DNA of 64,000 bases from assembly GCA_030765685.1 (NCBI GenBank), contig JAVCCB010000041.1, positions 75,549 through 139,548 of the forward strand, given 5' to 3'. A program made the translations under genes and the position numbers. The notes beneath the pieces are model-generated. The model saw only the letters and a list, made by a program, of their open reading frames with translations. It was not told the DNA's origin and did no database searches. Origin of the DNA: Candidatus Tantalella remota. GTDB taxonomy: Bacteria; Omnitrophota; Gorgyraeia; Tantalellales; Tantalellaceae. Below, piece after piece: positions 47,281 through 57,932 of this stretch. Positions within the stretch are counted from its first letter, which is position 1. Every line of letters begins with the position of its first letter.

Positions 47281-47334
47281 GGTTAAGGTTAAGGTTAAGG
47301 TTAAGGTTAAGGTTAAGGTTAAGATACAGCCTCT
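47281..47334. repeat. hexanucleotide microsatellite (GGTTAA)9
   Basis: Nine perfect tandem GGTTAA units between the murC start and murG stop, followed by (CCCTTAT)3. Confidence 0.9.
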
Positions 47335-47364
47335 TCCTATATTTTATCCCTCAACCCTTATCCC

Positions 47365-48492
47365 TTATCCCTTATCCCTATTTTCCACCAACTTCATTAC
47401 TTCTCCCGCAAGCACCTCTGCGGCATCCGGGACACTCAGGGCCCCCGCAGCTTTCGAGAGGCGTTCCCTTTCATCTTCTCTCTCCATCATATTAAGTATA
47501 TCATCATACAGGCTCTCCGGAGTAAGGTCTTTCTCCTCCCGGCATATAGCCGCGCCCTTATCAGCGAAATACTCAGCGTTCGAACGCTGGTTGTTCTTCG
47601 GATTCGGATAAGGCACCAAGATCATGGGTTTCGCGTAATACGCCAGCTCAAACACCGCCGCCGCCCCGGCCCTGCTTATCGCCATATCACTTGCCGCGTA
47701 AGCATCTTCTATTTTTTCAAGGAACGAGAACACTCTGCCCGGGATACCGTTCTCACTGTAAAAAGCCGACACGCTCTGGAGGTCTTTCTTTCCCGTAAGA
47801 TGTATGAACTGCACCCTGAGATCCTTATCCCGCGCGATACGACGCGCGGCTTCAGAGACCGTTCTGTTCAGAAAAGAAGCTCCCTGGCTTCCTCCCATAA
47901 CAAGTATCGTGAACTTTTCCGGGGAAACCCCCAGCGCCCGGGCGGACGCTTCCCTGTCCCGGGACAAAGAACCGGTCCTCAAAGGATTGCCTGAAAATAT
48001 TACTTTTTCCTTATCACAGGAAAACTGTTCCTCCGACCCCTTGAAACTGACGGCTATTTTATCCGCAGCTCGGCACAGGATCCTGTTCGCCCTTCCGGGC
48101 ACAAGGTTCTGCTCGTGTATAAGTAAGGGAATACCGAAGATCTTCGCGGCTCTGGCTATCGCCCCGGAAGAATATCCGCCGAACCCCACCACCGCGTCGG
48201 GCCTCAGCGAGACTATAATACAGAAAGACGCCACCGTATCCATCGCGAGTTTCAGAAAAAACGTAATAACACGCACGGGGGCGAACTTTAAAGGCATGGG
48301 GTTTATCGATAAAAAGAAACACCTGTAGCCGGTTTCTTTCAGGATGTCCCGGTCAAGGCGCCTTTTGCTGGATATGAAACAGATCTCTCCGGCGTTTTTC
48401 TTTTCCAGTTCCGACGCCAGCGCGATAGCCGGGAAAATATGCCCTCCACTTCCACCGGCTGCCAGTATTATCCTTTTATTATGTCCGTTCAT
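47365..48492 (-). CDS. murG: undecaprenyldiphospho-muramoylpentapeptide beta-N-acetylglucosaminyltransferase
   Basis: 375 aa GT28; AAGGSGGHIFPAIALA N-terminus. Confidence 0.85.
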   Translation of the reverse strand: MNGHNKRIILAAGGSGGHIFPAIALASELEKKNAGEICFISSKRRLDRDILKETGYRCFFLSINPMPLKFAPVRVITFFLKLAMDTVASFCIIVSLRPDAVVGFGGYSSGAIARAAKIFGIPLLIHEQNLVPGRANRILCRAADKIAVSFKGSEEQFSCDKEKVIFSGNPLRTGSLSRDREASARALGVSPEKFTILVMGGSQGASFLNRTVSEAARRIARDKDLRVQFIHLTGKKDLQSVSAFYSENGIPGRVFSFLEKIEDAYAASDMAISRAGAAAVFELAYYAKPMILVPYPNPKNNQRSNAEYFADKGAAICREEKDLTPESLYDDILNMMEREDERERLSKAAGALSVPDAAEVLAGEVMKLVENRDKG

Positions 48493-49574
48493 TCAGCGTT
48501 CCTGCTCATATTGAATACAAGGCCCATAGCCGCCATATGCGCTACCAGAGAACTCCCCCCATAGCTTATGAACGGCAACGGCAGCCCTTTCGTCGGCAGA
48601 ACCCCCGTGGAGACTCCGATATTGACTATAACTTCAAATGCTATCATGATCGTTATCCCAAGGACTACGCGGGAAGAGAACTCTTCCTTTATACGGAAAG
48701 ACAGCCTCATGCAAAACCATATCATAATAGCGAAGACAAGCAAAACTGCCGCCGTGCCCAGAAAACCCAGTTCCTCTCCTATTATGGAAAAAATAAAATC
48801 CGTATGCGATTCCGGCAGAAAAAAAAGTTTATGTTTCGACGCGCCGAGCCCCACACCTATTATCCCTCCCGATCCCAGGGCGATAAAAGACTGGATAAGC
48901 TGAAACCCCGCGCCTCTGGGATCTTTCCAGGGATCAAAAAAAGTAAGTATCCTTCTCATCCTGTACGGCGCGCATATGACAGCCAAAACAAGCACCGGTA
49001 TGATGCCAGCGGTAATGGCGGCAAGGTGCAAGGCTCTGGCCCCCGCGGCGAACATCATCACCATCCCTATGAAAAGTATGGAAACCGACGTGCCCATGTC
49101 GGGTTCCAAAAGCACAAGAGCCCCAACGACGCCCGTCACGACCAAAGGCGGCAGAAAACCGTACTTAAGGTTTCGTATCAGGTACCTCTTCCGGGATGTC
49201 AGATCCGCGATATATATAATAACAGCCAGCTTCGCCAGCTCTGACGGCTGAAACCCAAACCCGAGAAAACGAAGCCATCTGCGCGCCCCCCCGACCTGTT
49301 TTCCCACTCCGGGAATAAGTACCACTAAAAGAAGTATGATCGATATCGCAAGTATCGCTTTCGCGGAATGCTGCACCTTCCCCACCGGAACCGACATGCA
49401 CAGTACTGCCACAATAATACCCGCAGCCAGATACACCAGATGCCTCTTCACAAAATGCAAACTGTCTCCCGACGCGTCGTGTGCGTAAAGAGCGCTCGAT
49501 GAATATATCATGACCACTCCTACCATGAGGAGTATCGACATCATGAGAAATACTATCTTGGCATCTTTATTCAT
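48489..49574 (-). CDS. ftsW: FtsW (SEDS family) lipid II flippase/glycosyltransferase
   Basis: 361 aa polytopic FtsW/RodA family, between murD and murG with a 4-bp overlap. Confidence 0.85.
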   Translation of the reverse strand: MNKDAKIVFLMMSILLMVGVVMIYSSSALYAHDASGDSLHFVKRHLVYLAAGIIVAVLCMSVPVGKVQHSAKAILAISIILLLVVLIPGVGKQVGGARRWLRFLGFGFQPSELAKLAVIIYIADLTSRKRYLIRNLKYGFLPPLVVTGVVGALVLLEPDMGTSVSILFIGMVMMFAAGARALHLAAITAGIIPVLVLAVICAPYRMRRILTFFDPWKDPRGAGFQLIQSFIALGSGGIIGVGLGASKHKLFFLPESHTDFIFSIIGEELGFLGTAAVLLVFAIMIWFCMRLSFRIKEEFSSRVVLGITIMIAFEVIVNIGVSTGVLPTKGLPLPFISYGGSSLVAHMAAMGLVFNMSRNAE

Positions 49575-49659
49575 GTTTTATTATAGATTTCGGATTACAG
49601 ATTTCAGATAGGATCTGCCATCTGCAATCTGACATCTGTTATCTGACATCCACTTTGGG

Positions 49660-51012
49660 TTATTTTCCTTGCCCCGCAAGGGCCTTCACTGCTCGCTGGA
49701 AGACTTCTCCCCGTTCCTTATAGTTCCGAAACATATCAAAGCTGGAGCACATAGGCGAAAGTACGACCGCTTCGCCTTTTTGGGCGATAGAAGCCGCCTC
49801 AGTTACAGCTTCCTCAAGAGTCTCTTTCTCTACCACTTTTACTTCCGGAGAAAAGACCTCTCGCATCTTGTCGGCAGCCTCCCCTATGACCACCATCGTC
49901 TCCACCTTACTCTTTACCAGAGGAAGGACCGATAAATAATCGCCGCCTTTATCCCTGCCTCCGGCTATAAGGACGACCTTTTTGTCTATTGATTCAAGCG
50001 CTCTGCGTGTCGCGTCGATGTTCGTGGCCTTCGAGTCATCAATAAACTCGACCCCCCCGATATCTCTGACCTTTTCAAACCTGTGCCTAAGTCCCTCAAA
50101 CGACGTTATCCCCTCTATTATGGCATCGTACTCTACTCCCATGAGGTCCGCCGCCAGCACCGAACACGCGGCATTTTCCAGGTTATGAATACCCTTGATC
50201 GGGATCTCGCTTATTTTCATTACCGCTGTGGGACCGTTTTCCCCGGCAAGAATGATAGCGTCATCCGAGACTGAAGCGTCTCCGCCCTCATAGCTAAAAA
50301 ACTTTTTCCCGCTCTTTATCTTCGCGGCCAAAGAGTCGTCTTTCAGTCCCGAGTACAAAATGGCCCAGTCTTTCTCCGTCTGGTTCTCGAATATCCTGAA
50401 TTTCTCCGCTCTATACCTTTCCAGGTCACCATGCCTTTCATAATGGTCTTCTGCCACATTGAGAAGTATCGCGACACGCGGCCGGAACTGGTCTATCGTC
50501 TCCAGCTGAAAAGAGCTGACCTCAAGAACGACTATGCTGTCTTCGTCGATATTTTCTATCTCTCCGCTAAGGGGGTTGCCTATGTTGCCGCAAACGACCG
50601 TATGTTTTCCGGCCGCGGAAAAGATGTTCCCTATAAGCCTTGTAGTGGTGCTTTTTCCGTTGGTACCGGTCACCGCCACTATAGGAGCTCTGCAATAAAG
50701 AGATCCCAATTCCATCTCCCCTATGACAGGAATACCTTTTTCGGAGGCGGAAGATAACGGCAGCGCCCCGGGATCGATCCCCGGCGACGTCACGACAAGG
50801 TCGACTCCCGCGACGAACTCTCCGGTATGCCCTCCCAGTTCGACTTCGGCTCCCTGGCGTATAAGCTTTTCCGCCCGCCCGCGCAGCTCTTTGTTGTCGG
50901 CGGCATCTGTCACTCTGACATTCGCCCCCTCACGAAGAAGCAGCTCGGCAGCGGACTGTCCGCTTACCCCGAGACCCGCTACAAGTATAGTTTTACCCTT
51001 AATATCCGGCAT
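49660..51012 (-). CDS. murD: UDP-N-acetylmuramoylalanine--D-glutamate ligase
   Basis: 450 aa; N-terminal Rossmann GLGVSGQS, P-loop GTNGKSTTT. Confidence 0.9.
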   Translation of the reverse strand: MPDIKGKTILVAGLGVSGQSAAELLLREGANVRVTDAADNKELRGRAEKLIRQGAEVELGGHTGEFVAGVDLVVTSPGIDPGALPLSSASEKGIPVIGEMELGSLYCRAPIVAVTGTNGKSTTTRLIGNIFSAAGKHTVVCGNIGNPLSGEIENIDEDSIVVLEVSSFQLETIDQFRPRVAILLNVAEDHYERHGDLERYRAEKFRIFENQTEKDWAILYSGLKDDSLAAKIKSGKKFFSYEGGDASVSDDAIILAGENGPTAVMKISEIPIKGIHNLENAACSVLAADLMGVEYDAIIEGITSFEGLRHRFEKVRDIGGVEFIDDSKATNIDATRRALESIDKKVVLIAGGRDKGGDYLSVLPLVKSKVETMVVIGEAADKMREVFSPEVKVVEKETLEEAVTEAASIAQKGEAVVLSPMCSSFDMFRNYKERGEVFQRAVKALAGQGK

Positions 51013-51035
51013 ATATAAGATTTTTACTTTCTGGT

Positions 51036-52124
51036 CTACCGTACCTTCAGTGTCGTCATGCTTAAGAGAGCGAGAATAGCAGCTATTATCCAGAAACGGA
51101 TGGTGATCTTAGACTCATGCCATCCCTTTACCTGGAAATGGTGATGTATCGGAGACATGAGAAAAAGTCTTTTTTTCCTCATCTTGAATGATAGAACCTG
51201 CAATATGACCGAAAGCGATTCAACGACAAGCACCCCTCCGGTTATCACCAGCAGTACCTCTTTTTTAATTAGAACACTTATTATCGCTATAGTTCCGCCA
51301 AGCGCCAGAGATCCGGTATCGCCCATAAAGACGCTGGCGGGATGGCTGTTGAACCAGAGAAAACCGAGACCGGCGCCCGCGAGTGCCGCACAGAACACCG
51401 TAAGCTCTCCCGCGCCCGGTAGGTAAAATACCTGCAGATACTTCGCCAAAGTCGCATTGCCCGTGACATAACTGACGACGGCATAGGTCAGGGAGATAAA
51501 TACCACACACCCCACAGCGAGCCCGTCCAGCCCGTCGGTAAGGTTCACCGCGTTGGAAGCGCCCACTATCACCACAAGAACAAAAAGTATGTAGAACATC
51601 CCCAGGTTTACCACCGCGTTCTTCATGAACGGAACGTACAGGCCGGAGCCTATGGCATTGTTCTTTATCACAAAGATACCGATAATCAGGGCAAGCACCA
51701 CCTGCCCCGCGAGTTTTGTCACACCCGCGATGCCCTTGGCGCTTTTGTTCTTGAGTTTTATATAATCGTCAATAAATCCGATAACGCCGAGCCATACCAT
51801 ACCCGCCATTACCATTATCACATAGTCATTATCGATACGGCACCACAAGAGAGCCGAAACCAGCACCGCTATCAGGATGAGGATCCCCCCCATAGTGGGA
51901 GTGCCTTCTTTGTGCTTGAGCAGATGGGATATACCGTCCACGTGCTCCTTTCGCACGTACTGGCCGATATTGAGTTTCCTCAGTCTTCTTATTATCGGGG
52001 GCCCGAAGATCACGCAGATAAGAAAAGAAGTGACCGCCGCCATGCTGGCGCGGAAAGTGATATATCTGAAAACGTTAAACCCGAACCAGAGTTCCCTCAG
52101 CGGGTACAGGACATAGTAAAACAC
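51036..52124 (-). CDS. mraY: phospho-N-acetylmuramoyl-pentapeptide transferase
   Basis: 362 aa polytopic; NAVNLTDGLDGLA and HHHF motifs. Confidence 0.9.
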   Translation of the reverse strand: MFYYVLYPLRELWFGFNVFRYITFRASMAAVTSFLICVIFGPPIIRRLRKLNIGQYVRKEHVDGISHLLKHKEGTPTMGGILILIAVLVSALLWCRIDNDYVIMVMAGMVWLGVIGFIDDYIKLKNKSAKGIAGVTKLAGQVVLALIIGIFVIKNNAIGSGLYVPFMKNAVVNLGMFYILFVLVVIVGASNAVNLTDGLDGLAVGCVVFISLTYAVVSYVTGNATLAKYLQVFYLPGAGELTVFCAALAGAGLGFLWFNSHPASVFMGDTGSLALGGTIAIISVLIKKEVLLVITGGVLVVESLSVILQVLSFKMRKKRLFLMSPIHHHFQVKGWHESKITIRFWIIAAILALLSMTTLKVR

Positions 52125-53473
52125 TTGAGTACTTCCTCCATCCTGGTTCCCCTGGAACCTTTTAAAAGCACAAGCGCGCCCCTGCCGGCCAGGTCACGCA
52201 CAATTTCCGCGGCGTCTTCATGGCTCTGAACGCACAGGGCCCTGTCTTTTCCCATTCCTGACTCGATGGCTCCGTAAGCTATATATCTTGCTTTCGCGCC
52301 CATCGCCACAAGAAGGTCTATCCCCTTTCCGGCGATACTCCTTCCTATCATCCTGTGAAACTCATCGCTTTTGCTTCCCAGCTCAAGCATATCTCCGGCA
52401 ACCACCACTTTTTTCCCTTCGCTGGGAGTCGTCTGCAACATACTCAGCGCGCTCTCAAAGGAATCGGGATTCGCGTTATACGCGTCGTTGATAAACCATA
52501 CCCCTTCCGACTCCACTCTCTCGAGACGGCCTTCCGACAGTGTCACCGTCTCAAGGGCTTTTCGTATCTCCTCGTATTCGAGGCCAAAATTCTCGGCAAC
52601 GGCAATAGCCGCCACAGCATTATGGACATTATGCACACCGTCCAGGGGCAGTAAATATCTTTTTTCGTTCAGGGTAAACTCATACCCGCCTCCAAACTTT
52701 GTTACGTCGTTTATCCTGTAATCGGATCCGCTCTCCGCGCCGAAATACCTGCGCGCCACTCCGCGCACGGACGCTCTCTTAAGAAAAGGGTCGTCCCTGT
52801 TCAAAAACGCTAGCCCTGTACCCGGCAAAGCTTTAAGAAGGCTGACCTTCTCCAGAAAAACACCTTCTCTGTCTCCAAAAAATTTCAGATGCCCGTCCCC
52901 TATATTCGTGATGACAGCCATGTTCGGACTCGCGGTCTCGGCCAGCTTCGCTATTTCTCCGGGATGGTTCGTCCCCACCTCCATTACGACGACCTCGTGA
53001 AAAGATTCCAACTCAAAGAACGTAAGGCTTACTCCTATTATGTTGTTATAGGACTTCCTGCTCTTAAGCACCTTGTACCTTGACAAAAGTATATGCGCCA
53101 GCATCTCCTTTACGGTAGTCTTGCCATTGGTCCCGGTTATGCATATCACCGGTATCCCTGAACGCTTTCTTAATTCGGCGGCTATCCGGGCCATGGCCTC
53201 GGTGGTGTCCTCGACGCGGATAACGTGGTTCACGCTGGCTCTGCAAGCTTCATTAGCCGGTCTGTCAGCTATTATCCCGGACGCTCCCCGCTCAGCGGCG
53301 TCTCTTATGAAATCATGCCCTCTGTAATTCCTGCCCTCTAAGGCTATAAAAAACTCTCCCGGCTTGATCGTCCGGGAATCCGTGGAAAAACCGCATACGG
53401 TCATATCTATATCCTTAGAAAAGATCTGCCCGCCGGTTATCTCAGCTATCTCTCTTACTGTAAGTTTTTCCAT
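52097..53473 (-). CDS. murF: UDP-N-acetylmuramoyl-tripeptide--D-alanyl-D-alanine ligase
   Basis: 458 aa Mur ligase; GTNGKTT P-loop. Confidence 0.85.
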   Translation of the reverse strand: MEKLTVREIAEITGGQIFSKDIDMTVCGFSTDSRTIKPGEFFIALEGRNYRGHDFIRDAAERGASGIIADRPANEACRASVNHVIRVEDTTEAMARIAAELRKRSGIPVICITGTNGKTTVKEMLAHILLSRYKVLKSRKSYNNIIGVSLTFFELESFHEVVVMEVGTNHPGEIAKLAETASPNMAVITNIGDGHLKFFGDREGVFLEKVSLLKALPGTGLAFLNRDDPFLKRASVRGVARRYFGAESGSDYRINDVTKFGGGYEFTLNEKRYLLPLDGVHNVHNAVAAIAVAENFGLEYEEIRKALETVTLSEGRLERVESEGVWFINDAYNANPDSFESALSMLQTTPSEGKKVVVAGDMLELGSKSDEFHRMIGRSIAGKGIDLLVAMGAKARYIAYGAIESGMGKDRALCVQSHEDAAEIVRDLAGRGALVLLKGSRGTRMEEVLKCFTMSCTR

Positions 53474-53493
53474 TTTACTTCCTGAATAACAGC

Positions 53494-54948
53494 TTAATAT
53501 CCCATGTCACGCAGGATCGCGCCTGCCGTTTCTTTGTCATCAAAATGAAGAACTTCATCGCCTATTATCTGATAATCTTCATGCCCCTTGCCCGCGATTA
53601 TCACGATGTCTCCGGCGCCGGCTGAAGATAAAGCTTCTCCAATAGCATTTTTTCTTTCCTCTATTATACTATAGTTGGTTTTATCCGACACTCCCTTTTC
53701 TATCTCATCCAGGATGTCTCCGGGGTCCTCGGACCTGGGATTATCGCTCGTAAGTATGACCTTATCGCACAACAAAACGGCTATCCTGCCCATCTGGGGC
53801 CTTTTTGTCCTGTCCCGGTCTCCCCCGCATCCGAACACGCAGATAAGCCTGCCCTCGGCCAGAGGCCTAAGGCAGCCGAGAACGTTCTCCAACGCGTCAG
53901 GAGTATGGGCATAATCCACGAATACCCTAAAAGGCGCCTCTGAAGCAACGGCATCAAGCCGGCCCGGCACAGTACCTCTTCTTTCCAGCCCCTTCCTCAC
54001 GGCATCCATCGGAATGCCTGTACTCAGGACGGCTGCCGCTCCCGCGAGCATATTATATACGTTATGCCGCCCTATGAGAACGCTTTTAATAACAATATTT
54101 TCCCCGTATTCTGAGACAAGCGTGAACTCCGTCCCCGTGTCTCTCAGCACCGCGTCTTCCGCCCGGACATCCGCATGTCCACTCATCCCGAAGGTAACTA
54201 CATCCTCGAGATCCAGCGTCTTAACGAGTCCCGCTACCCTGGGATCGTCCGCGTTCAGCACAGCCGACCCCCCCGGCTTAAGGTTGCCGAAGATCATTGC
54301 TTTGTCTCTGAGATAACTTTCCATGTCCCCGTGATAATCAAGGTGTTCCGGGGTTATATTCGTGAACACGGCACAGTCCAGCGATATCCCAGAGATCCTT
54401 TTCTGCGACAACGCGTGGCTTGAGACTTCCACAACAGCCGCTTGTTTCCCGTCGGATACCATCTCCGAAAGAAACCAGTTTATCCTCAGAAGATCCGGCG
54501 TAGTCATCACCGAACGTTCCAGGTCGTCACCGCGAGACCTGTTGAAAACCGTGCTGATAATACCGCCAGATACGCCGTTACTCGCAAGTATGCTGTCTAT
54601 CAAAAATACCGTGGTAGTCTTACCGTTCGTGCCCGTGACGCCATAGACCGTAAGAGATCCCGACGGATCGTCAAAAACATGTTTTGCCGCAGTCGCGAGA
54701 GCTTCACTCGTATCTTCCACGATCCTTATCTTTTGCCGGCATTCATCTTCCATGCCAGCAGGTTCCCTTTCGCAGATGACCAGGGACGCTTTCTTATCAA
54801 GCGCTTCCTTAATATAGTCATGGCCGTCGCTCGAGGTCCCTTTTATCGCTACAAAAACATCCCCATCACCGACGGATCTCGAATCGGTCTTTATATTGTC
54901 CCTGGTGAACATTTCCTCTTTTAGCAGTTCTTCCATACTGATCTTCAT
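53494..54948 (-). CDS. murE: UDP-N-acetylmuramoyl-L-alanyl-D-glutamate--2,6-diaminopimelate ligase
   Basis: 484 aa; GVTGTNGKTTT; DNPR motif in the C-terminal domain, consistent with meso-DAP specificity. Confidence 0.9.
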   Translation of the reverse strand: MKISMEELLKEEMFTRDNIKTDSRSVGDGDVFVAIKGTSSDGHDYIKEALDKKASLVICEREPAGMEDECRQKIRIVEDTSEALATAAKHVFDDPSGSLTVYGVTGTNGKTTTVFLIDSILASNGVSGGIISTVFNRSRGDDLERSVMTTPDLLRINWFLSEMVSDGKQAAVVEVSSHALSQKRISGISLDCAVFTNITPEHLDYHGDMESYLRDKAMIFGNLKPGGSAVLNADDPRVAGLVKTLDLEDVVTFGMSGHADVRAEDAVLRDTGTEFTLVSEYGENIVIKSVLIGRHNVYNMLAGAAAVLSTGIPMDAVRKGLERRGTVPGRLDAVASEAPFRVFVDYAHTPDALENVLGCLRPLAEGRLICVFGCGGDRDRTKRPQMGRIAVLLCDKVILTSDNPRSEDPGDILDEIEKGVSDKTNYSIIEERKNAIGEALSSAGAGDIVIIAGKGHEDYQIIGDEVLHFDDKETAGAILRDMGY

Positions 54949-54955
54949 CTTAAGT

Positions 54956-56644
54956 TTATCTATCGTTTTGTTCCCGAGGTGAGGGCTTTACCCCCAAATA
55001 CTGCAGGGTCCTCTCCGCTATTCTCCTGAACGCGGGCCCTGCCACACTGCCTCCGAAATATACGGGATGGGGGTCCCTGGCTATTACGACCACGCATATC
55101 CGGGGATCCTCTTCCGGGGCAAACCCTATAAACGTGGCGTAATATTTATTGTCATAATACCCGCCCGCCGGGTTCACCATCTGAGCCGTCCCCGTTTTAC
55201 CGCATACCGCGTATTTCCGGGACTTCGCCCTCCTCCCGGTGCCATCGGTAACGACCCTTCTTAATATCTTAATCATCTTATCACATGTTTCCTCATCGAG
55301 TACCTTTCTTTTCTGCACAGGTCCGAAACTCTCGATGACATCGCCTTCCCAGTTTGTAACACTATCTACGACATAAGGCTTCATCAGGTACCCACCGTTG
55401 GCGATCACGCTTATCGCGGAAGCCAGCTGGACCGGAGTGACCGCTATCCCCTGCCCCATGGGTATCGTCGTTATATCGCTCCGTGACCATCTCGACGGAG
55501 GCCTGCTTATCCCGGCAACCTCTCCGGGAAGATCTATACCGGTCTTACTGCCAAACCCGAACCCTTCAATATACTCGTATAATTTGTCTTCACCAAGATC
55601 CTGCGCGACCTTTACCGTTCCGATATTGCTCGACTTAGCTATCACGTCTATAAAGGAAAGATTCCCATAACTGTGATAATCGTGCAAGACCCTTCCCCCG
55701 ACGCGATATTCGCCGTTCTCACAATCGAATTCATCCTCGAGTTGGACCGTGCCTTCGTTAAGCGCCGCGCTCGCGGCCACGATCTTGAACACACTGCCGG
55801 GCTCGTAAATGCTGCTCACGGCGGAATTCTTCATAATGTCCCTTGGAGTATTCGAAAAATCGTTCAGGTCGTAATCGGGGTAGCTGGCCATTGCCAGTAT
55901 TTCCCCAGTATGGGGGTCCATCACCACGGCGGTAGCGCCAGAAGCGTTATACTTGACTGCCATCTTCCGGATCTCTTCCTCCGCTACGTACTGTATAACA
56001 CCGTCGATCGTAAGCAACAGGTTATGGCCGTTTTCAGCCGGAACCGATTTCGCGTCATTGAACATCACCGTGCGCCTTTTCGCGTCCCTCACCAGATGGC
56101 GCCACCCGGGTGTCCCCTTAAGCTTATCGTCAAAGACCATCTCCAACCCTTCGAGCCCGTTATTGTCCATCCCGGCGAACCCCACGATATGTGACGCCGT
56201 ATTATCGCTCGGGTAGCTCCTCCGGCTTTCCGTGAGAAAATGCACGCCCGTAAGCTTCTCTGCCCGGATCTCCCTGACGGAATCCTCGTCTATCTTCCGT
56301 TTTATCCAGATAAAGGATTTATCCCTTCCCAGTTTTTTCTGAAGACCGGCCTTGTCCAGGTTTAGTATCCCCCCGAGGATCTCGGCGGTGGTTTCTTTCT
56401 GCTTTATGCTACGCGGATCCGCGTAAACGCTCAGTACGTCGAGATTTATCGCGAGCGGTTCTTTTCGCCTGTCAAAGATGGTACCCCTGCGCGCTTCGAC
56501 TTTCAGGACCTTATTGTGCTGGTCCTGGGCCATCTCTGCGAAATTATCGAATTGAAGTACTTGGAGGAAGAAGAGCCTGATAAGAAGAGATACCAAGGCG
56601 GCTATGAGTAAGAAAAAAAGAAGATACTGACGGGCCCTGAACAT
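54956..56644 (-). CDS. ftsI: FtsI / PBP3 septal transpeptidase
   Basis: 562 aa; N-terminal TM, PBP dimerisation domain, SVFK, SSN and KTGT motifs. Confidence 0.85.
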   Translation of the reverse strand: MFRARQYLLFFLLIAALVSLLIRLFFLQVLQFDNFAEMAQDQHNKVLKVEARRGTIFDRRKEPLAINLDVLSVYADPRSIKQKETTAEILGGILNLDKAGLQKKLGRDKSFIWIKRKIDEDSVREIRAEKLTGVHFLTESRRSYPSDNTASHIVGFAGMDNNGLEGLEMVFDDKLKGTPGWRHLVRDAKRRTVMFNDAKSVPAENGHNLLLTIDGVIQYVAEEEIRKMAVKYNASGATAVVMDPHTGEILAMASYPDYDLNDFSNTPRDIMKNSAVSSIYEPGSVFKIVAASAALNEGTVQLEDEFDCENGEYRVGGRVLHDYHSYGNLSFIDVIAKSSNIGTVKVAQDLGEDKLYEYIEGFGFGSKTGIDLPGEVAGISRPPSRWSRSDITTIPMGQGIAVTPVQLASAISVIANGGYLMKPYVVDSVTNWEGDVIESFGPVQKRKVLDEETCDKMIKILRRVVTDGTGRRAKSRKYAVCGKTGTAQMVNPAGGYYDNKYYATFIGFAPEEDPRICVVVIARDPHPVYFGGSVAGPAFRRIAERTLQYLGVKPSPREQNDR

Positions 56645-56675
56645 TGTCCCTCTCTATAGTTTTTTAGGTATTAGA

Positions 56676-57035
56676 TCATTTATTAGTTCTAGCTTCGGCT
56701 TCTTCGGTAAAAAAGCCGAATATCCTGCCGACCAGACTTTTCCGCGGGAGGGGACCGGCGCTTCCCGACATGGCGGCGGACACCCTCACGGATACATCAT
56801 TTATCCTGGCAAACTCTATATTCTCATCATTCAGAGAGGCAAGGAGATATGTGGGAGATTCCAATTTTGACAGGTTGTACATCAGTCTTGAGTTCTGATC
56901 GACGAGATATGACAGATACTTCCTGTTCTTCTGGAGCCCATACTCCTCCTTCACTATCTCCACCTTCTGGTGGACATATCCTACCGCCATGACCGTGATG
57001 ATAACGCCTGCCAGAACAGGCCTGTAAACCCTCAT
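56676..57035 (-). CDS. ftsL: FtsL-like small bitopic division protein
   Basis: 119 aa, one TM (VLAGVIITVMAVGYV) followed by a coiled-coil-like region; positioned between rsmH and ftsI. Confidence 0.5.
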   Translation of the reverse strand: MRVYRPVLAGVIITVMAVGYVHQKVEIVKEEYGLQKNRKYLSYLVDQNSRLMYNLSKLESPTYLLASLNDENIEFARINDVSVRVSAAMSGSAGPLPRKSLVGRIFGFFTEEAEARTNK

Positions 57036-57916
57036 GTTTTCCTTTCAGCAACACGCATTTTCGCGCTTCTCGCGCGAGGATTTTCCCGGATCTCCTCAGC
57101 GTCCGGAGTGACAGGTTTCCTGGTAATTATTTCGAGGCTTCCCTCGGATGCCTCTTCCCTGAAAATATTCTTTATTATCCTGTCCTCAAGCGAATGAAAA
57201 GATATCACACATACCCTTCCTCCGGGAGAAAGGTACCGCACGACATCCCTGACCGCTTTCGCGATAGATGACAGCTCATCGTTAACGTATATCCGGAGCG
57301 CCTGAAACGTCCTGGTCGCCGGATGCAACCTTTGTTTCCTGTACTTCGCCCCTACCGCCTTCATCACTATATCTTTAAGCTGCCCCGTGGTCTCTATCCG
57401 CTGTTTCCTTCGCGCCACGCAGATACCTGCGGCTACGAGCTTCGCGTGTCTTTCCTCACCGTACTCTTTCAGGATATCCGTAAGTTTTTCCCTGCCGAAC
57501 CGGTTTACCACCTCGCTTGCCGTGAGCTGCGCGCCGCAATCGAACCTCATGTCCAGCGGGCCATCCCTCAAAAAACTGAACCCCCTGTCCGCCTCGTCTA
57601 TCTGAAAAGATGATATGCCAAGATCGAACAACGCTCCGTCCAGCTTATCTATATTCACGGCCTTCAGGACTTCGTCTATTTTTCCAAAATTTTTATGCAC
57701 CAGCACCGCCGCCTCGCCAAAACGCGCGAGATATACGCGGCATCTTTCTATGGCCTCGGTGTCAGCGTCGGTCCCTATAAGAGTTCCGTCTGGTACTATT
57801 CGTTGTAGGATAGCTTCCGCGTGGCCCCCGCCGCCCAATGTCGCGTCGAGGATGATGTCTCCGGCCTCAGGATCAAGATGATCGATCGCTTTTTTTAAGA
57901 GGACCGGAAGATGCAA
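57032..57916 (-). CDS. rsmH: 16S rRNA (cytosine1402-N4)-methyltransferase RsmH/MraW
   Basis: HLPVLLKKAIDHL..., DATLGGGGHAE SAM-binding motif. Confidence 0.9.
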   Translation of the reverse strand: MHLPVLLKKAIDHLDPEAGDIILDATLGGGGHAEAILQRIVPDGTLIGTDADTEAIERCRVYLARFGEAAVLVHKNFGKIDEVLKAVNIDKLDGALFDLGISSFQIDEADRGFSFLRDGPLDMRFDCGAQLTASEVVNRFGREKLTDILKEYGEERHAKLVAAGICVARRKQRIETTGQLKDIVMKAVGAKYRKQRLHPATRTFQALRIYVNDELSSIAKAVRDVVRYLSPGGRVCVISFHSLEDRIIKNIFREEASEGSLEIITRKPVTPDAEEIRENPRARSAKMRVAERKT

Positions 57917-57932
57917 GAGGGTTCCTTTCGGG

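Noticed and set aside
47262-47495. plus-strand ORF encoding (RL)n
   Set aside because: The reading frame is generated by the (GGTTAA)9 microsatellite; not a gene.
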